A DNA stretch of 64,000 nt from positions 7,348,741 through 7,412,740 of the forward strand of contig OZ037768.1 of the NCBI GenBank assembly GCA_964035545.1, written 5' to 3'. The position numbers and the translations under genes are program-made. Below the pieces are notes generated by a model, which made no database searches, had not been told where the DNA came from, and saw only the letters and a list, made by a program, of their open reading frames with translations. This document shows, in pieces, positions 11,208 to 20,793 of this stretch. Within the stretch, counting starts at the first letter, position 1. Every line of letters starts with the position of its first letter. This DNA is from Bugula neritina (taxonomy: Eukaryota; Animalia; Bryozoa).

Positions 11208-12520
11208 ATGGGAGATTTAGTAAAGAAGTTAGAAGCTGAACTACTACAACTCAGAAGAAAAGTGGGAGAAACGAGTACTAGTTCCAGTACAGTTGAACCA
11301 CTCAAAGCCTTAAAGCCTTCTAAAAGAAAAAAGTAAGTAATAATATATTTCTTTTGGATATCTCACCACTAACCTGTTAGAATATTATTAACATGAGAAT
11401 GATTTTAGTTTACTATAGTGTTAGCTTTCTATAACTATGCTAACCACTAACCTGTTAGAATATTATTAACACGAGAATGATTTTAGTTTACTATAGTGTT
11501 AGCTTTCTATAATTATGCTAACCTTTTTTATCAGCTAAAAGTAGCATCTTATTCATTACAATAATATTATTTTAGTGAATCTAAGTCTGGTGAATCAAAG
11601 CGTAAGAAACCTGCATCAATTCCAAAGGTGGATGAGTCGACTAGCGAGCCGTCTGTATCTACCAGCGTGAGGTTAGTAGAATATCGTAAATCATCAATCA
11701 TCTGTAAGACTCACAATTAATTATATTCACTTGACAAACTATAAACAAATAAACAGACGTTTGTCGTGTAATAAATTATATTACGTAGAATAAGTTACAT
11801 ATTATAAAACATAGTAATAGATCCCTCTTTTTTAGCGCTACTACCACTCCTTCCTCTATGACATCGTCTATTCCATCCGCTAGTTCCTCTACTGGTACAA
11901 CTGTTACTACAAGTGATGATGCTGCCACTGCTGCTACCGCTGTCGATCAGAGCAAAACACCTGCAAATGAAGAAGGTTGCTATCTAGTCCCTCTTAATTA
12001 TGATCAATCACAATTATCCTACTACACTGACAATGACAAGATAATACCTACATTTAATCATTCGCGTAAATTCTTTTTTAAATCCGATGAATTTATAGGT
12101 GAATTAAAAATATACGAGTCGAAAATTCCCAACAGTGGGCCATGTTTATATGTGAAAAAATCTAAAAATCTAGAACTTTTTAAAACAAAGCTAGCTAAAA
12201 TTTTTGAAAAAAAAGTTAAGTTTTACGGTAAAAGTGAAAATGCATCATTGCTCGGATGTTATGTTGACGTGGTCAGAAACATGGAAGACGAAATTTGCGT
12301 AAATGCTGTAGTCAATGGACAACCTGTGTTATTAAATGTACAACAACTGTATGGAAAAGTGGGAAAATTAACATGCGTGTTGAGAAGCGGTGTGATAAAA
12401 AAAGTAAACGAGGACTTATTTTGGTCACTAAATGTGACCGAAATCAAACTAGACGACATATCACCGGATGAATATAATTATTTTAAACGATCGGAGCCGA
12501 TCATAAAATTTTTAGGCTGA
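11208..12520 (+). CDS. 3-exon Polinton gene (11208-11332, 11576-11671, 11836-12520; 301 aa), putative OB-fold ssDNA-binding protein
   Basis: GTAAGT..TTTTAG and GTTAGT..TTTTTTTAG introns, both phase 2, join in frame to ORF 11858-12520. N-terminal coiled coil, K-rich NLS-like segments and an S/T linker. The C-terminal beta pattern GKLTCVLRSGVIKKVNEDLFWSLNVTEIKL resembles T7 gp2.5/NCLDV-type SSBs. Function is inferred. Confidence 0.75.
11365..11523. repeat. 78-bp near-perfect tandem duplication within intron 1 of the spliced Polinton gene
   Basis: ACCACTAACCTGTTAGAATATTATTAACA...ATGCTA starts at 11365 and again at 11443. Confidence 0.9.
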
Positions 12521-12624
12521 CGGACTGACACTGACTCTCTAATATAAATATGTTGTATTTTTTGGTGATGGGGAAATATTTTATGTTGGTGAATGGAATA
12601 CTTTTATGCGTATTATTGTTTAAA

Positions 12625-13777
12625 ATATTGTTACAATATATCTCAATATATAATCAGTGAAAAGAAATTCAATACTATCTCTGCCACTATTAAACACAAA
12701 ATGTATAAAAGCGAGTTGTTAATACACAACATCTATATATTACAATCTATCTCAATATATACTCAATGAAAAGAAATTCAATACTAGCACTGCTACTATT
12801 GAATGTATAAAAGCGAGTTGTTAATATACAACATCTATATATTACAATCTATCTCAATATATACTCAGTGAAAAGAAATTCAATACTAGCACCGCTACTA
12901 TTGAATGTATAAAAGCGAGTTAATATACAACATCTATATATTACAATCTATCTCAATATATACTCAATGAAAAGAAATTCAATACTATCTCTGCCACTAT
13001 TAAACCTAAAATGTATAAAAACGAGTTGTTAATATACAATATCTATATACTTCAATCTATCTCAATATATACTCGATGAAAAGAAATTCAATACTATCTC
13101 TGCCACTATTAAACCCAAAATGTATAAAAGCGAGTTGTTAATATACAATATCTATATACTTCAATCTATTTCAATATATACTCGATGAAAAGAAATTCAA
13201 TACTATCTCTGCCACTATTAAACACAAAATGTATAAAAGCGAGTTGTTAATATACAATATCTATATACTTCAATCTATCTCAATATATACTCGATGAAAA
13301 GAAATTCAATACTATCTCTGCCACTATTAAACACAAAATGTATAAAAGCGAGTTGTTAATATACAATATCTATATACTTCAATCTATTTCAATCTATTTC
13401 AATATATCTTAATATATACTCGATGAAAAGAAATTCAATACTATCTCTGCCACTATTAAACACAAAATGTATAAAAGCGAGTTGTTAATATACAATATCT
13501 ATATACTTCAATCTATTTCAATATATACTCGATGAAAAGAAACTCAATACTATCTCTGCCACTATTAAACACAAAATGTATAAAAGCGAGTTGTTAATAT
13601 ACAATATCTATATACTTCAATCTATCTCAATATATACTCGATGCAAAGAAATTCAATACTATCTCTGCCACTATTAAACACAAAATGTATAAAAGCGAGT
13701 TGTTAATATACAATATCTATATACTTCAATCTATTTCAATCTATTTCAATATATCTTAATATATACTCGATGAAAAA
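12625..13777. repeat. Internal tandem array, ~10.3 units of ~109 bp (range 99-129)
   Basis: The anchor AAGAAATTCAATAC recurs at 12662, 12771, 12873, 12972, 13081, 13190, 13299, 13428, 13537 and 13646. Each unit contains TGTATAAAA(G/A)CGAG. Confidence 0.95.
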
Positions 13778-13985
13778 GTTTAAAACACTGTTCTTATGGC
13801 TCTGATGAAGAGTGTAGTAAACCTGACAATTCTATCTGATAATGCCACTATATGTCAAGTATATACATTTATGAGTGTATCTATTTACATATTATTAAAC
13901 AATATCTCTATTTGAAGTAATTTTCTTTGATCCTTGCATCTCTATCAAGGTGGTTAAAAGAATAATTTATACTTCAATGTTTTAG

Positions 13986-16900
13986 AGAAATTCAAGTGCC
14001 ACATATGTGGAAAAAGTTATAACCACAGGCAAAGTTTGAGCAGGCACCAAAGTATCCACAAAAAAAGATGTGATCAATGTAAACGGTTGTATGCACCGTG
14101 GAAAACAAATCACCGATGTCATAACACGGTAATTTATCTACTGAGTGATACGATACGATATGAATATGATCATACTACATATACTATCACAACAAATTCA
14201 AAGCTAACTAATCAATGGTAATCTTGGTAAATTTTAGAATACAAACTCAAACGGAGCAGAGAGAAGGTCAAACAAAAAGCCTCAAACCACATTCAGTGAT
14301 GATATTGAACGCTATCAGTACAAAGGCATTTACGAAGAGGAAACAAATGCTCTATTGAGAAAAAACTGGTCAGCTATAAGAACGTACAACAGAAAAGGGA
14401 AATATTGTAGTGTCTACAATCGATTGATAAAAGACAATGACATTATTTCAACTTTAAACAATAAAGAAGTGAAATTAATATTTCATGAACAAACATTGAA
14501 ATTCAAATGCAATGCTTCAATTGGTTTTATCCTTTTGAATCAAAATGAGGAAAAGTTGAGATACTTTCATGCTAGCATGGGTGTTGATAAACTTTTTGCC
14601 TCGCCAAAGCTAATAGAGAATTTACAAGATTTCAATCAACTTGTGAAAGAAATGACAGAAAAAGATTTCATAGAGAAAGCAACTCAAAACAGGCCAAACA
14701 CTTCGTGGAGTGTTCACAAAATAACAAATATTACATTGTATGTATTTCCTATACCAGATCACAATATCGGATGCCCTATATCTCCATCTGAGAGAACAAA
14801 ACAAAACAAAGCAATTATAACAGCTAGCACTGATACAACTGGAAGACTGTATGAAGACAACTTATGTCTATTTAGAGCTCTAGCTTACTCAAAGGGACAG
14901 CAGAGTACTTTAACACAGTCTACGAAACATTATTATGAAATGTACTTGAATGGTATGAACAAACTGAATCAAGATTTTACAGGAGTGCCTTTATCAGACC
15001 TCAGATTTGCCGAGCGAAAACTGAACTGTTCTATTAATGTGTACACCTTGGAATACAATACAGGGAAAGAAGCTAATGCAAAGCTTATGTACAGAGCCAC
15101 TACCAATTACAAACACAAACTAAACTTACATCTAGAGGAATCACATTTCAGTTGGATAAAAAACATCTCTCTTTACACAAAGTCATACAAATGTACATTT
15201 TGTAACAAGCTAATGAAATCAGTCAGAGCGTTGAATAGTCATAACACAGTATGTACAGCTGGTGAAACAAACCTTGTGTATCCCTACGGGGTGTATACTC
15301 CGTCTCGATCTATTTTCGAAAAGCTTGAAGATGTTCACATCACAGTTGATGAAAATAGACGACATTATCCGTACTTTGCTGTGTTTGATTGCGAAACGAT
15401 GATGTCTTCGATTGGTTTACCTGCAAACACAAATACAATACACTATGAAAACAAACACAAGTTGGCTTGTATAAGTTTATGCTCAAACGTATCTGGCTAT
15501 ACACAACCAGTGAATTTCATGAATTCTGGAAATGAATACGAGCTGGTTGTGAAAATGATGGATTTCCTTACAAAGCTGTCTGAAGTATGCTACCAGAGAT
15601 TGCTTGTTAGATACAATGATGTGTTTAAACAACTACGTGAAAAAGCTGACGAGTGTATCAAGAAAGAAATTGAAGCTAGTTGTAATAACAAAGCAGTGAA
15701 CAATGTCAAAAAAAAGTTTGAATCACTAGAAAGTCAACTCCACTGTTATTTGAAAGACTTGATGGTCTTGTCTTTCAACGGCGCTGTCTATGACATCCCA
15801 TTGATTCGACAACATATGCTACGGTATCTATTAGAACAAAACCAAAAAGTTTTGTTTACAGCTAAAAAAGGAAACAAATACATGTGTATTCAAACGGAAA
15901 AATTAAGATTTCTAGACGTGCTCAATTTCCTTGCTCCAGGGTTTTCGTACTCTGATTATCTAAAAGCTATGGGAGTTGAAGGGGAAAAATTCTTCTGGCC
16001 TTATGACATATTCACATCTATGGAAGTGCTAGACAGAACAGAGTTCCCCGCTCATGAAGAGTTTTACAGTAAACTGAAAGGTAAAAACATATCCGTTCAG
16101 GAGTATGAAAAATGCAAAGAAATATGGGTGCAGAAAGGAATGAAAACATTAAAAGACTTACTAGAGTACTACAATAACGAAGATGTCAGACACTTTATAC
16201 CAGCATTAGAAAAGCAAAATGAATTTTACAAATCATGCAATCTTGATTTCAAGTCAGCTATATCTATACCAGGACTAGCGATTCAATATTTATTTCAATT
16301 AAAAGACCCAGAAGCGCCAATCTTTCTGTTTGGTGATAAGTTTAAAGACATTCACCAACTTATCAAATCAAACATTAGAGGTGGTTTATCAATTGTGTTC
16401 TCAAGGTATCAAGAAGCTGGCGCAACAAAGATTAAACCTGAATACTTTGGTGATCAAGCCAAAACTACACAAACATGTGTAGGGTATGATGCGACAAGTT
16501 TATATTTGAGTTGCCTAGTGAAAGATATGCCCACAGGAGCCTTTGTAAGAAGGCGGAGAGAAAATAGCTTTAGAATAGAAAAAAGCTACTATTCGGGTGA
16601 AAAAGCTACAGTATGGCTAAAATACATGTCAAAGCTGCTCGGAGTCAAAATTCAACACAAGTTTAATAGCACCGAACGTCGAATAGGTGGACGAAACATA
16701 CCAGTCGATGGATACGCTCTGGCGAGTGATGGTAGTGAACTAGTGTTCAACTACTCAGGATGCTGGTTTCACGGACATCTATGCGACTATTGTCCAAATG
16801 GAAAGTTTAATAACAAAGAAAAAGATTTACAAAATCAAATAGACACATACAATACGCTGAAATATTTCCAAGATTTGGGTTACAGAGTCTACCATACTTG

Positions 16901-18388
16901 GGAGTGTGAATTTGATAATTTGAAAAAGGAAAACAGTGATGTCAGTGAGTTCTGCTCAAATCTGGACTTCATTGTTGATTCAAGATACGTAATATCAGAA
17001 AGCAAAATACTAGAAGAAATCAAAAATGGTTCAATGTTTGGAATGGCTGAAGTTGATATAGAAACACCTGAAGACTTGAAAACAATATTTGCTGAATATC
17101 AACCTATACAAAAAAATGTACTGATATCAAGGGATGACATAGGCCCACACATGAAACAATTTGCAGAACGAAATGGTTTACTAAAAAAGCCATCACGTAC
17201 TTTAATCAGTAGCTATTTCGGGAACAAAATCCTTTTGTCCACCCCGCTACTGCAATGGTACCTACAACACGGCTTAGTGGTTACAAAAGTATATCAAGTA
17301 ATTCAATACAAGCCATCAAAATGCTTCAAGCTGTTTGGTGAAAAGGTAATGGAGGCTAGGAGAGCTGGTGACCTCGATTCCTCAAAGAAGATTATATCGG
17401 ATTCATGCAAACTAATAGGTATTTAGTAAATATTGACATGTTTAAACATAGCACTTATTCAATGGTTATTAATATGCAAATCACTTAAGCATCTAGCAAG
17501 AGCGATAACTTTTGCATTGAATAATTACTCAATATATTTCAAAATAATCCACTTCGCTATATTTCAGGAAACTCTGCGTATGGCCGAACACTAGTCAACC
17601 TGGAGAGTCACACTGATATCATATATTGTGATGCTGAAGAGACAAACATCTCAAGACTGGTAAACAATCCTAGATTTAACAGCTTACAAGAAATTGATTC
17701 TCAACTAGTTGAAATTGAATCACGAAAAGCTAAGATTAGACTCAATGTACCAGTACAAATTGGCTTTCAAGTATTAGAGTATGCAAAGCTAGCCATGTTG
17801 AAATTCTATTACGATTTCTTGTTAAAGTTTCTATCTCTAGACAGTTTTGCTTTGATTCAAATGGACACTGACTCAATGTATTTAGCTCTAAGTGAAAAAA
17901 CTTTGTACCTAGCGGTCAAAAGTGATATGAGAAATGAATTTGAACAAGAACACACTAGTTGGATGTGTAGAGAATATTGCGATGAACACAAGTCACAATA
18001 TTTTCAATGTATGTTTAACGGGCAAACCTGGAATCCATTAGACTGTTGTAAAGCTAGTGCCAAGTTCCACAAAAGATCTTTGGGGTTGTTTCACTGCGAA
18101 AATGTCTCCCGAGGTGTTGTAGCGCTTTGCTCCAAATGTTACTATTGTTTCGGAGAAGAACCTAAATACAGTTCAAAAGGTGTCAGTAAATTGCACAACA
18201 ACTATACCGAAAAAGATTACTTCGATGTATTGATAAATCAGAAAATTGCTTACGGTACGAACAAGGGTTTTCGAGTAAAAGGTGAAGAAATATTCACGTA
18301 CGTTCAAAATCGAAAAGCTTTAAATTATTTTTACGGAAAGAGAATTGTGTCACAAGATCACGTGACAACCAAACCTACTTTACTGTAA
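13986..18388 (+). CDS. Protein-primed family B DNA polymerase (pPolB), spliced: exons 13986-14128, 14238-17418, 17568-18388 (~1380 aa) plus an unresolved short first exon
   Basis: ExoI FDCET, ExoII FNGAVYD, ExoIII YYNNED; motif A YDATSLY; motif B KLIG|NSAYG rebuilt across GT-AG intron 17419-17567; motif C MDTDS. An N-terminal C2H2 exon joins in frame via intron 14129-14237. Candidate first exon ATG 13852-13858 is uncertain. Confidence 0.92.
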
Positions 18389-18469
18389 AAAAACTGTGTT
18401 CAGTTAGCGCGTTCAGTTAATTGGTATTTCACTGTCCGGTTGATAGGTCGCATCAATCAATATTCTACG

Positions 18470-18868
18470 ATGGAAAATTTATACCTATTACAGAAAAACG
18501 CTTATAATTATATATGGTACAAGCTTTCGAAAATGAGTAGACAACATTACGTTAACTGTTGTATAACGCAAACCGTTTTGGACATGTACAATAAACATCA
18601 AAATTGGAGTGAGGAAGAAATAAATGAATTGGTCGAACTAGCCGAGGATATGTACGAGACTAACGGTTACGTTCAGTTTTGTAAAGTGGCAAAAGATTTG
18701 ACTGATCCAAATATCTCAGCTATTCGCTTAGAAACAATATTTTTCTTGTGCGTGCAAATTTGCAAAATGTATATCGAGGCTGGAGAACACTTCGCAGTGA
18801 AATATTTTATTCAACAGATCCAATGGAACTTGGGAATAGCTCTCGAGAAACAAAACAATGTACAATAG
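18470..18868 (+). CDS. Bcl-2-fold (vBcl-2-like) protein, 132 aa
   Basis: BH4-like YIWYKLSK (human BCL2 YIHYKLSQ). BH1-region FCKVAKDLTDPNISAIRLETIFFLCVQIC aligns without gaps to BCL2 [29 protein letters not shown]. No BH2 or TM tail. Reference sequences recalled from memory. Confidence 0.7.
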   Translation: MENLYLLQKNAYNYIWYKLSKMSRQHYVNCCITQTVLDMYNKHQNWSEEEINELVELAEDMYETNGYVQFCKVAKDLTDPNISAIRLETIFFLCVQICKMYIEAGEHFAVKYFIQQIQWNLGIALEKQNNVQ

Positions 18869-18894
18869 TTTATTTTGTATATAATTGTGTATAT

Positions 18895-18964
18895 TTGCCT
18901 AAACTTGCCTAAACATGCCTAAACATGCCTGAACTTGCCTAAACATGCCTGAACTTGCCTAAAT
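18895..18964. repeat. 10-bp tandem repeat (W)TGCCTRAAC x7
   Basis: TTGCCTAAAC TTGCCTAAAC ATGCCTAAAC ATGCCTGAAC TTGCCTAAAC ATGCCTGAAC TTGCCTAAAT. Confidence 0.92.
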
Positions 18965-19055
18965 CTATTTATACTTTTTTATGCCTATTAATATTTTTGT
19001 ACATTACTTGATACAATTATTTGGGAATAAACTCTCGGAATATACAGTTAACATC

Positions 19056-19706
19056 ATGAGCTTACCTTTCTACCATACATTTTCAGCGATTGTAGCTGGT
19101 CCTTCAAGGGCTGGTAAAACTCAGTGGGTAAGGAAATTGATTACCAACAGTCATACAATGATATCACCTCCACCTGAAAAAATAATATATTGTTATAGTG
19201 AGTGGCAGCCACTGTTTAGTTCATACAACAACGTTGAGTTTCATCAAGGTGTTATCGATATACAAGAATTAAACAAAAATATAAAAAACTTGATAATATT
19301 TGATGATTTAATGAGTGAAATAGATCAGAATATTGAAAACATATTTACTAAGCACAGTCACCATCGCAACATAAGCGTAATATTTATAACACAGAATCTG
19401 TTTCAAGACAACTCTCACATGAGAACAATGTCTCGAAGCGCTTCTTATGTTGTTGTATTTAAAAACTCTAGAGACGTGAACCAGATATCCTATTTGGCAA
19501 GACAAATGTTTCCTAAAAACCAGAGTAATTTTGTTGTTGAAGCGTTTCGAGACGCCACTTCTGTCCCCTTTGGGTACTTGGTTATAGACTACAGGCAAGA
19601 GACAGAAGACTATTTGCGCATTAGAACAGGTGTATTTCCGGGTGAGAAAACCTATATCTATTTGTCAAACAGAAACGCTACTTCATTACAAAGAAATGCA
19701 GCTTGA
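19056..19706 (+). CDS. Genome-packaging ATPase (A32/FtsK-HerA type)
   Basis: Walker A AGPSRAGKT, Walker B LIIFDDLM, HSHHRNISVIFITQNLF. Likely start is MSLPF at 19056 (ORF is open from 18981). Confidence 0.93.
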   Translation: MSLPFYHTFSAIVAGPSRAGKTQWVRKLITNSHTMISPPPEKIIYCYSEWQPLFSSYNNVEFHQGVIDIQELNKNIKNLIIFDDLMSEIDQNIENIFTKHSHHRNISVIFITQNLFQDNSHMRTMSRSASYVVVFKNSRDVNQISYLARQMFPKNQSNFVVEAFRDATSVPFGYLVIDYRQETEDYLRIRTGVFPGEKTYIYLSNRNATSLQRNAA

Positions 19707-19720
19707 AGCTAACATAAATC

Positions 19721-20071
19721 ATGACCGCTAGAATTAAAAAACACGCCAAGACTCTAAGTTATTTAGCTGAATGTGACAAACACAACTGTAAAGCAATCAT
19801 CAACGCAGCGGGTAGTGAACTGTTGAACTGTTTCTCAGATATTTGCTACAACGTATTAAAAGGCAAGGTGTCATTGTCACCTACTGAAGAAAACAACTTA
19901 CGTAAATACAAAAATATTTTAAGAAAGATTGCTGATAAAAAGAGTACACTGAAAACTAAAAAAACACTGGTACAGAAAGGAGGGTTTCTCTCGGCTCTTT
20001 TAGGACCACTAATAGGAAGTGTTCTAGCACCACTAGCGAAAGGAATATTCAGCGGTTTTAGAAAAAGATGA
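19721..20071 (+). CDS. Small basic Polinton core protein with adenain-type QKGG|F site and C-terminal amphipathic peptide
   Basis: 116 aa, K-rich, ends VQKGGFLSALLGPLIGSVLAPLAKGIFSGFRKR. Its position after the ATPase is typical of Polinton virion modules. Confidence 0.8.
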   Translation: MTARIKKHAKTLSYLAECDKHNCKAIINAAGSELLNCFSDICYNVLKGKVSLSPTEENNLRKYKNILRKIADKKSTLKTKKTLVQKGGFLSALLGPLIGSVLAPLAKGIFSGFRKR

Positions 20072-20793
20072 ATTCGCAAAGCGCTAGAAAATTCTTATTA
20101 GTGGATGCCGCGGATCTAAAACACAACTCATTTGTAAATGCTGATGTCAGCAAAAATAATGATTATCAACAAGTCGAGAGAAACAAACCTTTGATTACTA
20201 AAGAACTATTTGCCGTAGATAAGCTAATGAGTGAAATCTTAAATGACAACACGCTATCAGAAAATGAGAAAGTAACTGCTTATAACAACGCGTTGACTAA
20301 TTATCAAGAGTTAAAAACTACTACTTATAAGAAAATATCTAGCACAAGGTTGCCTACTTTATCAAAGAATAGTGAACCACAACTAAAAGAAACAGAAAGT
20401 CTTACATCTTATAACCCACTACTAGCTATCCCTCAAAGATTTAAAACAAAGGCGAGTCAACTTTGGGATATACTGAAAAAAGATGGTAAAGTTTCTGTAA
20501 ATGATGCGGGGCAGGTAACTATTAACGGCAACCAACTACGCGGAAGCAATTTATCTGATCTATTAAATCTTGCGGTTAATAGTCAACTGAAAGGTAAAAC
20601 ATTGGAAGGGTGGAAAGAATTTAGACAAGTATTAATTGATTACAATGTACCCAAACTACTCATTAATCAAAACGTTATCGAAGAGAAATCTAAAAGTAGA
20701 AGAGAGTCTAGTAAATTGTCATCAGGCGAGTGGGATCCATACGATGGCAAGGCGAAAACGAAAAAAGCAAAATCCAGACTCCAGCTATACTGA
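20068..20793 (+). CDS. Conserved Polinton hypothetical protein, 241 aa
   Basis: Long intact ORF with an ATGA overlap on the previous gene. Motifs NDAGQVTING..GSNLSDLL and GWKEF..L...NVP resemble a recurrent Polinton ORF (from memory). Confidence 0.75.
   Translation: MNSQSARKFLLVDAADLKHNSFVNADVSKNNDYQQVERNKPLITKELFAVDKLMSEILNDNTLSENEKVTAYNNALTNYQELKTTTYKKISSTRLPTLSKNSEPQLKETESLTSYNPLLAIPQRFKTKASQLWDILKKDGKVSVNDAGQVTINGNQLRGSNLSDLLNLAVNSQLKGKTLEGWKEFRQVLIDYNVPKLLINQNVIEEKSKSRRESSKLSSGEWDPYDGKAKTKKAKSRLQLY

Noticed and set aside
12625-13777. CRISPR-like array
   Set aside because: Units are near-identical along their whole length with no unique spacers, there are no cas genes, and the context is eukaryotic.
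17419-17794. pPolB pseudogenised by a stop/frameshift, or interrupted by an intein
   Set aside because: A canonical GT-AG intron restores motif B exactly. The insert has stop codons and no intein termini.
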